Shown here: positions 7,040 to 17,508 of the stretch, piece by piece | How positions within the stretch are numbered: the first letter of the stretch is position 1 | Layout: every line of letters begins with the position of its first letter | Source: a virus | Taxonomy: Duplodnaviria; Caudoviricetes | Reading direction: 5' to 3' (one strand) | IMG/VR virus record: IMGVR_UViG_3300025853_000414 | Span: 1-30,656 of that record | Length of the DNA stretch: 30,656 bases | Translations under genes and position numbers: made by a program | The notes under the pieces: model-generated | Seen by the model: only the letters and a program-made list of their open reading frames with translations | Told to the model about the DNA's origin: nothing | Databases searched by the model: none

Positions 7040-8059
7040 TTAACTTCTCCAATATGTTTCGCAGGACTTAGTTAAATCATCTAAGATATCTTCATTAAGA
7101 GGATTCTTCAAATATTCTACTACATCAGAAACATTTCTTCCAAGTAGAACATTCTTCTTATTATGATAAATATGTCCATCACTTTTAGTAACAATATATT
7201 TAAAGAATGCTGAATCTTTTACAATACTTCTGATCTTCAATGTTTCCATATCACAATCAACAGCTTCTATAAATGATTTAACAGCTCTTTCCATGTTACT
7301 TTCTGCGCCATCCCCATGAATATGCATATCCATATTTTCATATAGAATATCCAAAGGAGTGGACTTTTTATATTGTGTACTACTAGCATCTACAACTTTT
7401 GCTACATAGAATAGTTTAGTACTATTTTTATCAAACAATTTTTGTAGTTCTGATAGTGCTTTGTTTCTAAGTTTTTTGTACTCAGTTCTACTAGATACAG
7501 TAACTTCTTCTTTATCTAAATAAAACTTAGGAGCTTTTGGTTTTGCTTTTGCATCATCATAACTCTTTGCAATTAAAGAGAAACCTCCTGCTTCAATTGC
7601 ATATAATTTAATTCTGTCATAAGGATCATTCATATTTAAAAAGATAGGCTCGTTTCCTACTTTAATATCAATCTTATTCCAGAAGGCAGCATTATCAGGC
7701 TTTAGTAACTTAACCTTATTCCAAAAGTCTTTATCTTCTGGATCTATAATATTAGAAGCTAATTCTGCTTCTAAATCAGCTACTGCTGTTCTGATCTGCT
7801 TTACTTTAGCTTCTCTAGCTTCATTAGATAACTTTTTAATTTCAGGAGCAAATTCATTTAATCCTGTAAGATATCTATTGATTCCATTAATCTCTAGACA
7901 AGCTAATTGCTCTTGATGTTTAATTCCATCAAATAAGCTTAGTCCATAATTTTCAAGACCCATATTTTCTCTTCTTGCATCGAAGTAAGGTCTAATACTA
8001 ATTTTAGACTGTCTGTTCATTACTGGTGTTTCCACCATTGTAAAGTTTTCTTTTTCCAT
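7040..8059 (-). CDS. Conserved post-MCP protein (crAssphage gene 75-like by position)
   Basis: 339 aa directly downstream of MCP, matching crAss-like capsid module synteny. Confidence 0.55.
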   Translation of the reverse strand: MEKENFTMVETPVMNRQSKISIRPYFDARRENMGLENYGLSLFDGIKHQEQLACLEINGINRYLTGLNEFAPEIKKLSNEAREAKVKQIRTAVADLEAELASNIIDPEDKDFWNKVKLLKPDNAAFWNKIDIKVGNEPIFLNMNDPYDRIKLYAIEAGGFSLIAKSYDDAKAKPKAPKFYLDKEEVTVSSRTEYKKLRNKALSELQKLFDKNSTKLFYVAKVVDASSTQYKKSTPLDILYENMDMHIHGDGAESNMERAVKSFIEAVDCDMETLKIRSIVKDSAFFKYIVTKSDGHIYHNKKNVLLGRNVSDVVEYLKNPLNEDILDDLTKSCETYWRS

Positions 8060-8074
8060 TGGTTTTGATTTTAT

Positions 8075-8085
8075 TTTTGTTGGTT
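8075..8085 (-). promoter_or_regulatory. AACCAACAAAA 5'-leader motif (copy 2)
   Basis: Between the MCP terminator and the ATG at 8059. Confidence 0.4.
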
Positions 8086-8088
8086 ATT

Positions 8089-8123
8089 AAAAAAAAAGGG
8101 AGAGGACTTTCCCTCCCCCTTTT
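8089..8123 (-). terminator. Intrinsic terminator after MCP
   Basis: Minus strand GGGGGAGGG-AAAG-TCCTCTCCC followed by T9. Confidence 0.85.
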
Positions 8124-8141
8124 ATGAGTTTATTGTATGGA

Positions 8142-9761
8142 TTAGAATGATCCGCCAGTAACTGGGTTTCTCATAACAATCTTCAATACCTTAGTTGGAT
8201 CTTTAACCCAAATTGCAGGCATTGTTTGAGACATCATTACTCGGTATCCATTAAATTGTCCAGAAGACTGGAATCCTTGGCTACGACCCATATAGTCCAT
8301 AGTACCATTTTGATACCACCACTTCAATTGATTATCCCAAGATAACTTCAACAAGAAGATGTTATCATTAGTATTATCAGTGATGTCAAAGATAATGAAT
8401 GAGTAAGAAGATAATGGGAATCCATCAATGATTGGGTTCTCAATATCATTTGTATTAACGTTATCAAATGCTGGGTTAAGTACAAACTTAACATTAGCAA
8501 GGAAAGGAATAACGTAGCTAGTATAAGCAAATCCAAAGTTCAAGTCCATTCCTTGACCAGTGATTGCACCTATATCAGCAGCTTGAATTACAAGACCTGA
8601 TGCTACAGCTTCTCTTTTAATAGCTTCGTTTACCATTCTCATACCACCCATACCAGTTTGAACAATCAACTGTCTTTGTGGATCTGGTCCTTTAAACTCA
8701 ACTTTACCATTAAAGAAGTTATAGATTTCAGATCTAAATAAGTCTAAGTTAAAGTTATTTTTGTTGTATACTCTTTTGAAAGAGTTGTCAAGCTGTTGCC
8801 AAAGACCTACAGAAAGTCTTAAATCATCTGGACCATCTTGTCTAACTCTACCACCTTGTCCCCACATTAGGTAAGACTCAATGTCATTAGCAATCTTAGT
8901 CAAGTGAGCAGCTTCCATTTGAGTAAGGAAAGATCTAGAAAGATCACCGTTATCAAAAGCTCTCTTTACTTTATCTTTACCCATTACTTTAACCATATCT
9001 TCTAATGAAGCTACAGAAGGATTCATAGCATCTCCTGATGCTCTCCAGATCTCAGTTACAGGAACTGTACCATCTGCATTCATTCCTCCTTTGATCATCA
9101 AGTCTGCACGAGAAGAGATAGAGTAATGAACATGAGCTTCAGCACCTCCTACATAGTTGTAGAATTCACGGAAACCAGTTCCAGTTGTAATATCAGAAAA
9201 TCTTTCACCGTATTCTCCTCTAGCAGAACCTTTTCTAAAGTACTTAGTTCCATTAGCTAAGAAACGTGAATCAAAAGTTGCAGTATTGTTATTATTAACC
9301 ATCTGCACTGTATAGATAAACCCATCACCTACAGGAAGAATATCCTCATCAGTAACATAAAGTTCAGCACCATTGTATTTGTCATAGGTAATGATATCAC
9401 CATGTCCAAATTCTCTGCAGCTTAACTTAATGCGGAAAGTGTTACCATCAGCACCTCTTGTATCACCTAAAGATGGATCAATATCCTCAATAATATAAGG
9501 AAGATCTCTAGATACAGGTGTTTGCCACTTGTACTCTCCACGAGCATTATCTACTTCAATTACATTTTTACCACCAAAGCTAGACATTTGATAAAGGGGC
9601 ATTTCCACCTTTTGAGCCATAGCCCAAAGATCTACTGGACCAAGGTCCATTGGTTCTGCATCCTTTAACATGTTAACCAAGTGGTAAGAGTCTACGTGTG
9701 AGCTTGCGTTGTACGCTGTATCCCGTAGAAAGATACCATTGTTTAAAACTGGAGTTGCCAT
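8142..9761 (-). CDS. Major capsid protein, crAss-like
   Basis: 539 aa; TerL-portal-acidic protein-MCP order; EYKWQ, LMWG, GLWQQL, QTGMGG segments as in crAss-like MCPs; followed by a strong terminator. Confidence 0.85.
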   Translation of the reverse strand: MATPVLNNGIFLRDTAYNASSHVDSYHLVNMLKDAEPMDLGPVDLWAMAQKVEMPLYQMSSFGGKNVIEVDNARGEYKWQTPVSRDLPYIIEDIDPSLGDTRGADGNTFRIKLSCREFGHGDIITYDKYNGAELYVTDEDILPVGDGFIYTVQMVNNNNTATFDSRFLANGTKYFRKGSARGEYGERFSDITTGTGFREFYNYVGGAEAHVHYSISSRADLMIKGGMNADGTVPVTEIWRASGDAMNPSVASLEDMVKVMGKDKVKRAFDNGDLSRSFLTQMEAAHLTKIANDIESYLMWGQGGRVRQDGPDDLRLSVGLWQQLDNSFKRVYNKNNFNLDLFRSEIYNFFNGKVEFKGPDPQRQLIVQTGMGGMRMVNEAIKREAVASGLVIQAADIGAITGQGMDLNFGFAYTSYVIPFLANVKFVLNPAFDNVNTNDIENPIIDGFPLSSYSFIIFDITDNTNDNIFLLKLSWDNQLKWWYQNGTMDYMGRSQGFQSSGQFNGYRVMMSQTMPAIWVKDPTKVLKIVMRNPVTGGSF

Positions 9762-9790
9762 TTTCTATTTTGTTTTTATTGTTTACTAAT

Positions 9791-11086
9791 TTAAAATCTT
9801 TTGAACAAATTATTTGTTCTTTTTAATGTGGTTTTTTGTGTTCTAGAACTTCTACCTCTAGAATCACCTTGAGATGCTTCTGGAGAAGAAGAACTAATCT
9901 TCTTGGACTGAGCCGTTTTAAGTTTTCTTACTGTATCTTCTACAGCTTCTTGGCCTCCAAGACTTTTCACTTTTTGTTTATATCCATCAGGATCAGAAAG
10001 CAACCACAAAGCTTCTGCAATAAGATCATGTCTTGGTTCTACAAACTGATATTTTTCAAGTAAGTGACCTAATAAGTTAGTAGGCTTACCTGAAATAGAA
10101 GGATAACTTGGTTGAACTAAACCAGAGTATAAATGATTTTGAATCTTTCTATCTAGTTTAAGATCTCCTAATGTACCTTCTGAAAGAGTATTATATACAT
10201 TATCCATGTATTGTCTAGCTGCTTGTTCTTGTTGAGCTTTCTTTTGCTCTTGTTCAGCTAATCTTTTAGAGACAATGCTTTCTTGCATTCTATCAAGTTT
10301 TGGTTTAAATTGTTTAGCTTTTTGTCCTAGCTTTTCAATGTCAGCCCAATCTTGAATTTCTTGTTCTATTTCTTCAGGAGTTCCAAAGTTTGTAGCAGTT
10401 AGATATTGTCTTGCAATCTCAGCTTGGTGATTTTCATTATTAGGATCTAACTCAAAAACTTCTTCAACTTGTGAAAGAGTTCTGAATAATCCTTTAAGAT
10501 CTTGACCACCATCAGCTACATATTTAGCTGCTACTTGAAGTTCTTGAGGAAGAGAATTAAAGAATTCTTTAGGAGTATTTTCTCTTATCTGAGCTTCTCT
10601 CTCTTGGAAGTTAGCTTCAAACAGTTCTCTAAAGTCTTTAGTAGTATACTCATCCAAAGGTTTGTCATCATCAAATCCAAAAAGAGTTCCTTCATCAATC
10701 ATTTTTTGAGCTAGATCTACTAGACCACTTTTTTCCATTCTAGGTCTACCTGTTCTGCTCTCTCCTTCTTCTTCTGCAGTAATAGCATCATCTAATTCAG
10801 ATAGTGCTTCTTCTACTACAGAGTCAGGTGTTGAATCAATCTTTTCTTGATCTGATAATCCCTCAACTTGTTTAGTTTCAGTTTTAGTTTCAGTCTTGTC
10901 AATGAACGATGTATCAAATTCTTTCTTTTTAGAAAAAATTGATTTAGGCTTTTCTTCCTCTTCTTCTGTAGGTAACATTACATTTTCTGCACCTACATTT
11001 CCAAAGATTTCATCAATATTTAAATCTACTTCTTCTACCGTTGTAGAATCTTGTACTTGAGTTTCCTCGTTTAGTTCTTCACTCAT
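9791..11086 (-). CDS. Acidic scaffold-like protein (crAssphage gene 77-like by position)
   Basis: 431 aa; very E/D-rich N-terminus, coiled-coil middle, basic tail; lies between portal and MCP. Confidence 0.65.
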   Translation of the reverse strand: MSEELNEETQVQDSTTVEEVDLNIDEIFGNVGAENVMLPTEEEEEKPKSIFSKKKEFDTSFIDKTETKTETKQVEGLSDQEKIDSTPDSVVEEALSELDDAITAEEEGESRTGRPRMEKSGLVDLAQKMIDEGTLFGFDDDKPLDEYTTKDFRELFEANFQEREAQIRENTPKEFFNSLPQELQVAAKYVADGGQDLKGLFRTLSQVEEVFELDPNNENHQAEIARQYLTATNFGTPEEIEQEIQDWADIEKLGQKAKQFKPKLDRMQESIVSKRLAEQEQKKAQQEQAARQYMDNVYNTLSEGTLGDLKLDRKIQNHLYSGLVQPSYPSISGKPTNLLGHLLEKYQFVEPRHDLIAEALWLLSDPDGYKQKVKSLGGQEAVEDTVRKLKTAQSKKISSSSPEASQGDSRGRSSRTQKTTLKRTNNLFKRF

Positions 11087-11094
11087 CTTTTATT

Positions 11095-11105
11095 TTTTGT
11101 TGGTT
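11095..11105 (-). promoter_or_regulatory. AACCAACAAAA 5'-leader motif (copy 3)
   Basis: Between the promoter-like motif and the ATG at 11086. Confidence 0.4.
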
Positions 11106-11112
11106 ATTACTT

Positions 11113-11125
11113 TAATATACTAAAT
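11113..11125 (-). promoter_or_regulatory. Putative late-promoter motif ATTTAGTATATTA (scaffold-MCP unit)
   Basis: Identical 13-mer to the copy at 3280-3292. Confidence 0.6.
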
Positions 11126-11188
11126 AAATATTAAAAATTTAAAATATGCTTAAAAAAAATATTTAATTTTTTGCATTATATAGCTAAG

Positions 11189-13951
11189 TTATTTTTTCTT
11201 ATCTCTTTGTGATGGTTTAACATCATATTTGTTCTTATTTTCTCTAGCTATTTGAAGTTGCTTGTCTGCTATTTCTTTTTGAGCTTGTATCTTTTGCTCT
11301 TCTATAGTCATTTTTTGAGAATGCTTAACCATATCATCACTTAACTTTTGTCTTTGCATACTAGTTTGCTGTGCATACTGCTCACTTTTTCTAATCTCTT
11401 GCATAGCATCTCTATAGTCAGACATTTGATTTTGATTAAGATCAACCATAGAACCATATCCCGCAGCTCTAATTTCTGCAACAAGAATATCTTTTTGTCT
11501 TTCTTTTTCTGCTTCTTGAGCTTCTGCACTAAGCTTATCCTGCTGCATTTGTTGTTGCTGCTGTAATTGCTGTTGTTGCATTTGCTGCTGTTGCTGCATT
11601 TCTTCTTGTCTTTGCTTTTCTTGTTTTTCTTGACTATCCTTAAGAACATGAGATAATTCTGCAACAGAGTCAGATTGAATAATTCTACCAAGATCGTATA
11701 TACTAGCACCACTAGTATTGTTACTCATTGCTAATTGTTTCAATTGTTCTAATACAGCTCTACCATTTGCAGTAGTAGTACAGAATATATTAAGTTCTCT
11801 CATTAACATATCAGTACCATTTATTTCAAAGTTTACTTTTTCTTCTTTAGATGTTAAATATGTTAATCTTTTAGAAGGATTAGTACTATGATAGAACTGT
11901 GCTAGGTCTGTTCTCATTTGATGTACTCTAGGCATTAAATAGTCAGAGTGTTGTATAAAGTACATTTCTGTTTGTGCATATGATGCGCTAGAAGCTTGTT
12001 CTACACCTGTAGCTGTCATTTGGGATAACTGCTGACCCATTCTTTGTGGATTAACACCAATTACCTCATATGCTTGTTGTTTAAAATAATTAGACAACTG
12101 TATTCTAGACATTAGTCTATTAGTCTGTTCTAGATCTAATTTTTGGAAATGCTGGAAGTTTAATGCATTCTCTGTATTTGTAATAGATGTGTCAAGCGGC
12201 AACATTTGGAAATCTTTCATAGCTACATAAGCTTTAGCTAGGTTTCCTTTACCCCAATCTTCTCCTAGAGAGTGCTTAGGTAATGTATTTTGATCTAACA
12301 TAATTACAGTACCTAGTTCATCTACTAAGATATCAGCTATCTGATTATTTACTAAATTATATCCAATCTGGTAAGGTTTCATTAAATCTATTAATGCAGT
12401 TGACTTAGTATTTCTATCAGAGAATACAGCACCTTCTACAGGAAGTTTGCAACCATATAGATTATCATCACCTTTAAACTGGAATTTAAGAGGTCCAACT
12501 GTTGATCTATCAATACCTAAATATATAGGAGAAAAACCATTAGATATATCCATGCCATAATAGCTAGGAAGATTTGGTCCTATCTTAACTCCACCCCATA
12601 CTTGGTTTATCCATATCCAATCAATATGTTCTCCAAATAATAGATTGTCCTTATTTTTATTTTTAAATAACCTATTGTCATAAATAGGTTTGTCCATTAC
12701 TTTATAGTCTTCTGTAACTATTTCAGTAGTTACATTACCAGTTTCATCAATCTTTGTAAGATGCCCAAGTTTTCTTTGGGATTTCCAATATGCTGTAGTA
12801 ACTCTAATTAAAAAATTAGAATCATAAAGATTAGCTGTATATCCCTCACTTTGTGCTAGTATTTGATTTACTACATCTCCATCATATCCTTGCATGTTAG
12901 CTAATTCAGTAGTATACTGTCTCATTGCTAATGAAGGCATTTCTGTATTCCAAGCATGTGACTTAGTAGCATCATAAAAAGTTCCATCATTTTGATATCC
13001 TCCAATAGAATATCCTGCAGACTGAATAGGATAAGTAGCCTCTAATGTTTCTAACTGTTCTTCTGTCATTAAATAACCATACTGATCAATTACATCAGAA
13101 GGTGTTAGCATATCTGTTTTACCTACCCAATTAGATTGAGATATATATCTTGCTTGAGGAGACTTATGGTAAAAGGTAAGAATAGGATTCCAAAGTTCTA
13201 CTTCATAGTCATTTTCCATCATGCGGAAATGCCAGAATTCTCTATCAGCAACAAGCATGTCCCTAAATCCTCTTTCTTCTAGTTCATCTAAATTAAATCT
13301 TTCTGTATCTACTGCATGTTGATGACTAGCCCATTGCTCTATCATAGATCTATAATCTTTTTTAAAGAAAGATTCTATTTCTGGCAATGATTTTATATTA
13401 TCAGGACTTAGTTGTTTTTGAGCTTCTTCAGAACTTGGATCTAAACCTTGTTCTACAAATGCTGCAATAAGTTTTTCTTCAGCATCTGCCATAAGGGCTT
13501 CTTCAACCATAACTCTCTTTTCTTCTAAGAGTTCATTGTAAGAAACATTATCTACAGCTCTATAAGTTAATTTAGTTGATCTTTTGGCAAATTCTGCAGT
13601 AAGTACATTTACCACATTTGGAATAATAGGATAGAATTTAAGTTCTAAAGCTGTATCTTCATTTCTGTTTGCTAGCATATCTACTATGTCAGCATACTCA
13701 TTATCTTCTTCTACAATGTAATCAGATCTATCAATTATACCTTTTGCAAGTTTATAATTCTTTGTTAGTTTTCTAGCATTTCTTCTCAATTGTTTTAGAC
13801 CTTCCCATTCTAACCAATCTAAGTTCCAAGCTGCCCATTCTTCATTTTTCTTTTTCTCTGGTAAAAATTGAAGAGGTTGGGTAATAGAACCCATTCTATT
13901 CCTTTCAACTTTTGCTCCTTTTTTTAACTGAAGTGCATTATATACTTGCAT
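11189..13951 (-). CDS. Portal protein, crAss-like
   Basis: 920 aa directly after TerL; YPIIPN...L-x-AE, MKPYQIGYN, VIGVNPQRMGQ motifs; Q-rich coiled-coil C-terminal barrel. Confidence 0.88.
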   Translation of the reverse strand: MQVYNALQLKKGAKVERNRMGSITQPLQFLPEKKKNEEWAAWNLDWLEWEGLKQLRRNARKLTKNYKLAKGIIDRSDYIVEEDNEYADIVDMLANRNEDTALELKFYPIIPNVVNVLTAEFAKRSTKLTYRAVDNVSYNELLEEKRVMVEEALMADAEEKLIAAFVEQGLDPSSEEAQKQLSPDNIKSLPEIESFFKKDYRSMIEQWASHQHAVDTERFNLDELEERGFRDMLVADREFWHFRMMENDYEVELWNPILTFYHKSPQARYISQSNWVGKTDMLTPSDVIDQYGYLMTEEQLETLEATYPIQSAGYSIGGYQNDGTFYDATKSHAWNTEMPSLAMRQYTTELANMQGYDGDVVNQILAQSEGYTANLYDSNFLIRVTTAYWKSQRKLGHLTKIDETGNVTTEIVTEDYKVMDKPIYDNRLFKNKNKDNLLFGEHIDWIWINQVWGGVKIGPNLPSYYGMDISNGFSPIYLGIDRSTVGPLKFQFKGDDNLYGCKLPVEGAVFSDRNTKSTALIDLMKPYQIGYNLVNNQIADILVDELGTVIMLDQNTLPKHSLGEDWGKGNLAKAYVAMKDFQMLPLDTSITNTENALNFQHFQKLDLEQTNRLMSRIQLSNYFKQQAYEVIGVNPQRMGQQLSQMTATGVEQASSASYAQTEMYFIQHSDYLMPRVHQMRTDLAQFYHSTNPSKRLTYLTSKEEKVNFEINGTDMLMRELNIFCTTTANGRAVLEQLKQLAMSNNTSGASIYDLGRIIQSDSVAELSHVLKDSQEKQEKQRQEEMQQQQQMQQQQLQQQQQMQQDKLSAEAQEAEKERQKDILVAEIRAAGYGSMVDLNQNQMSDYRDAMQEIRKSEQYAQQTSMQRQKLSDDMVKHSQKMTIEEQKIQAQKEIADKQLQIARENKNKYDVKPSQRDKKK

Positions 13952-13956
13952 AGTTT

Positions 13957-16173
13957 CTATTTAATATTTTTAAATGCAGATCTTTTTATTGATTTGCCAT
14001 TTACAGTCTTTCTTTTTCTACCCATATGTCTAAACGGACTACTATTTAATTTAAACAAATTTTCTGACTTTTGCAAGTTTTTAGCTGCATCATCACGTAT
14101 AGTTTGTTTAGTATATCCTCTATTAGATTCTTGTATTCTCATAAAAGAAACTAAAGCTACAAATGATACCAGTCTATCCACGTTAACTCCATCAGCATAT
14201 TCTTGCATTTCCTTAATTAGCATAGGATCAGGAATTCTTTCTACTCCATAAGTTGTTCTAACTACTGTACCATCTTCTTTTGTTTCTTGATCTAGTTCTT
14301 CTCTTACATATTCTATTCCGTAACTTAATAAGTGTGATTTAAATAATGTACCCGTGTTCTTCCAACCATACTCCTGGAAAACGTTAGCATTTGCTCCTAG
14401 ATCTTTTAGAAACATGATTTGACTTTTAGGTACAAGATATCTTTGTTTCTTTCTATGGATCATGTAATTGATAAATAAAGATATGTTGTTTTCAATTACT
14501 GTCCAGGCATTATACCATTCTATTATAAGTTCTAATCTTTGATGAGTTTGTTTTATATCATCAAATCTTCCACACCAAGCTGCTACTATTTTACTTTGTT
14601 CTATATAAGTTTCTGTTTCAGTTCCAGTAATCTTGGTCACCTCTACTGAGTTTTTCATTACATAAATAGAACATAAAGATTCTGATGTTGTAGTTTTACC
14701 TTCTGATACAGGGTCAATAGATGCATAATATGTTCCAAAATCTGGCTTTTCTTTGTTAGGTCTTTCCCAAACTACAAGACATCCTGTTTTATCTTCAGTT
14801 TTTTTATTTATAGGAAACTCTTTTATAGGCTGTCTGTTACTTTTCATAACCTGAGGTTTGCCTTCAGCATCTGTAAATATATCTAAGAACTCATAAGCAT
14901 ATTCTTTTTCTTCTATTCTTCTTGCTTGAGCTGATAATAAATGTGTTGGAAATACTGATACAGATCTGTGATCAAATGCTTCTTTAATATTTCTTGGGTG
15001 CTGAGATATCCTTAACTGATAATCTTCTGGAGCTAGTTCTCTTTTCCATTCTTCAAATTGATTCTCTAAAGCTTCTAAAGCTTCTTTTACATTTGAGTTT
15101 CCATACTCATCTATGTGTGGAGGCATGGACCATTGTTCAGGAATAAATAAACCTGATAAACCTTCTGTACCTTTATTGTCTATTAAATTAGTTTCTACAG
15201 CATATACATCTTTAGATGTAGGATTCATTATCATATCCTTAAGAGGATTACACTGTGATAAGTCACCCACAGATCCTGCAGCTATAAACATTCCTGTAGT
15301 AGTAAGTCCTGATCTCATTGCAGGTCTCATATACTCATATGTCTTATCCATCTTAGGTGCAATTCCTGCTTCTTCATGAAAGAAGTACTTCACTGGACCA
15401 CCAACACCATTTGTTGGATCTTTCTCAAATGACATACCTTGTATAGTACCTTTAAGACCTACTTCAGTTTTTCTATCTCCTTTTCTTACTTCTATCTTCT
15501 GCTGCCACATCATTACCTTATTTGGATTCATAGGTCTATACCAAGCAGTGTGTTCATTTAGGAATGCTGCATATTCATCTAAGAATTTCCAAGATCCTTT
15601 CTCATTAATATAATCTTTAAGACTGGCTCCTATCTTTAATGTAACACCTGCTTCAAACCACTGCTGATTTATTAGTTTGGCCATGTGATAATAAGAGGAT
15701 GCTATCTGACGTTTTTTAAGTATAGCAACATGTTTATAATTTAACTCTGCAAGAAACTCATATAATGCCATATGATATTGTGCATCACGTATATCTGCAA
15801 AACCAAATTGTTGTATTTCTTTATTAAAGATTGGTAAGAAATTTAACCACATATAGTAGTCTCTAGCAATATACCAAACTTTGTCTTTTGATTTAAATAT
15901 TACTCCTTTTCTGCATTTAAGTTTCTCATGATCCCAATATGCAATAAAGTCTCTTGATTTAAAAGGAGCATTACAATAAAAACCTTGTTCATTAAATTTG
16001 ACGGCTTGATAATTAAACTCTTTTGTAGTTTCATCAAAACCATACTGACCAGGTTCTTTAAATATATTTCTTAGGTATGTAGCAAATTCTTCTCTAGATT
16101 CAAAGTCAGTAGTAGTCCAGGTTCCATTATCCCAAGTAGGTATATTCTCATATATTGCACTATCCTTGATCAT
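13957..16173 (-). CDS. terL: Terminase large subunit
   Basis: 738 aa; Walker A-like ILKKRQIASSY, Walker B YFFHEEAG, RNase H-like nuclease YASIDP ... IENN ... NVDRLVS. Confidence 0.92.
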   Translation of the reverse strand: MIKDSAIYENIPTWDNGTWTTTDFESREEFATYLRNIFKEPGQYGFDETTKEFNYQAVKFNEQGFYCNAPFKSRDFIAYWDHEKLKCRKGVIFKSKDKVWYIARDYYMWLNFLPIFNKEIQQFGFADIRDAQYHMALYEFLAELNYKHVAILKKRQIASSYYHMAKLINQQWFEAGVTLKIGASLKDYINEKGSWKFLDEYAAFLNEHTAWYRPMNPNKVMMWQQKIEVRKGDRKTEVGLKGTIQGMSFEKDPTNGVGGPVKYFFHEEAGIAPKMDKTYEYMRPAMRSGLTTTGMFIAAGSVGDLSQCNPLKDMIMNPTSKDVYAVETNLIDNKGTEGLSGLFIPEQWSMPPHIDEYGNSNVKEALEALENQFEEWKRELAPEDYQLRISQHPRNIKEAFDHRSVSVFPTHLLSAQARRIEEKEYAYEFLDIFTDAEGKPQVMKSNRQPIKEFPINKKTEDKTGCLVVWERPNKEKPDFGTYYASIDPVSEGKTTTSESLCSIYVMKNSVEVTKITGTETETYIEQSKIVAAWCGRFDDIKQTHQRLELIIEWYNAWTVIENNISLFINYMIHRKKQRYLVPKSQIMFLKDLGANANVFQEYGWKNTGTLFKSHLLSYGIEYVREELDQETKEDGTVVRTTYGVERIPDPMLIKEMQEYADGVNVDRLVSFVALVSFMRIQESNRGYTKQTIRDDAAKNLQKSENLFKLNSSPFRHMGRKRKTVNGKSIKRSAFKNIK

Positions 16174-16678
16174 AACCTAATCCAATACCACCTCTTACAT
16201 TACTTTGTTGTTCTTCTTGAAGATCTTTATAAGCACCTTTAAATGATTCTCTAATTTGTTGATACTTGGCTGCAGCATTTACTAAAGAGTTTATGTTACC
16301 ATCTCTTCCATGTTCTATTGGTGTAGTCTGCATATATCTACCTAATCTATCTAACATAGCTGCAATACCTTTGTATGCTCTTGAAGTTGGAGTCTCATAC
16401 ATTCTTTCACAAAACTTTAATGCTGCATATACATCATCATCCTCACTACTAAACTCTGCTTCTACTTCTTTTAGTATTAAATCTTCTTTTTCATGTTCTG
16501 GTGTATGAAAGAATGGATTCATATCTGGATTAGGACATGTCATGTAAAATAGATACTGGTATATCTTAAGATAATCATCAGGATGATTCTCCATTATGTC
16601 CTTTAAAGACTTTAATGTATAACAATGCTCTGTTGGTATTACTTTGCCGTTTTGTATGTCAAATAGTTTTACAATCAT
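16160..16678 (-). CDS. Conserved hypothetical protein upstream of TerL (possible terminase small subunit)
   Basis: 172 aa, helical, overlaps the TerL start; TerS call is from position only. Confidence 0.4.
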   Translation of the reverse strand: MIVKLFDIQNGKVIPTEHCYTLKSLKDIMENHPDDYLKIYQYLFYMTCPNPDMNPFFHTPEHEKEDLILKEVEAEFSSEDDDVYAALKFCERMYETPTSRAYKGIAAMLDRLGRYMQTTPIEHGRDGNINSLVNAAAKYQQIRESFKGAYKDLQEEQQSNVRGGIGLGYDQG

Positions 16679-17508
16679 TTACTTTTCATTTTATCTTTAT
16701 TATCCTTTAAATAATGTATTATTGAGATCACTTCATCCTTTAAATAAGGTACAGGTATCTGCACTACATCTTGCACAATAGGATCTCCTTTATCTGTGTA
16801 TTTTGTTATAGGATAATCATACTCATCTTTACCCTCTACTTCAAACTGAACATGGTATATAAACATGTTTCCTGGTCTGAGTTTGGGATTGTGCTTTAAT
16901 ATAATATACATATAAATGCTGAGCTGTAAGGCATAGTGGTTAAAATTACAGTCATCTAAATGAGATACAGGAAACTTCATTTTTTGTGATATTCCTTCCC
17001 AATCTTTATATGATTGCATTTTAATCTCCTTATTAGTTTTGTAATCAACAATTGATACTTTACCATTTACAACTTCTACTAAATCTGACTGTCCGCATAT
17101 TCCTGCAGATTTAAGGTATACCATATGTTCAGGATAAACTCCTGGTTCAAGCTTTTGTTCTGGAGCTATTTTTACACCTTGATCTTTGAATATAGGACTA
17201 AACACAGGTACTGTCATACCATCTCTTTCTATTGATGCAAATGAACATAAATCAGCTTCTCTTTGATTGTGATAAAATGTACCTAATGACATAGCTCTTT
17301 CAGATTCTTGTTTCCATATTTCCTGAATTTGCTTAGGTTTCATTCCATACCATTTAGAGTTCTTTCTTTTGCTTACTTTTTCTGCCACCTTTTTAGCATC
17401 AAAAGGCTCTTTAAAATAAGATGTTAAAGATGTAACACTAATCCATTCTATACCTTCGCCATTTGAACTTGTGTAACTGTGATCTTCTTCTTTAAATATA
17501 ATGCTCAT
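16675..17508 (-). CDS. PD-(D/E)XK exonuclease
   Basis: SVT, GTFYH, GQSDL...IVDYKT, YALQLSIY motifs (RecB/Cas4-like family). Confidence 0.88.
   Translation of the reverse strand: MSIIFKEEDHSYTSSNGEGIEWISVTSLTSYFKEPFDAKKVAEKVSKRKNSKWYGMKPKQIQEIWKQESERAMSLGTFYHNQREADLCSFASIERDGMTVPVFSPIFKDQGVKIAPEQKLEPGVYPEHMVYLKSAGICGQSDLVEVVNGKVSIVDYKTNKEIKMQSYKDWEGISQKMKFPVSHLDDCNFNHYALQLSIYMYIILKHNPKLRPGNMFIYHVQFEVEGKDEYDYPITKYTDKGDPIVQDVVQIPVPYLKDEVISIIHYLKDNKDKMKSK

Noticed and set aside
11171-11188. TATAAT hexamer just after the portal stop codon
   Set aside because: Single occurrence in very AT-rich DNA with no supporting -35 element; cannot be distinguished from chance.
11540-11630. CAG/CAA poly-Gln tract in the portal C-terminus
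   Set aside because: Mixed codons; a Q-rich coiled-coil barrel is ordinary for podovirus-type portals, so not a contingency repeat.
5624-11712. Nested minus-strand ORFs 5624-5809, 8348-8536 and 11341-11712
   Set aside because: Alternative frames inside well-supported genes; their composition reflects off-frame reading of biased codons.
8142-16173. Introns or inteins in TerL, portal or MCP
   Set aside because: ORFs are continuous and of plausible length, with no intein termini or homing endonuclease motifs seen.
16675-17508. Cas4/CRISPR association of the PD-(D/E)XK nuclease
   Set aside because: No Cas4 four-Cys Fe-S pattern, no other cas genes, and no repeat-spacer array anywhere in the window.
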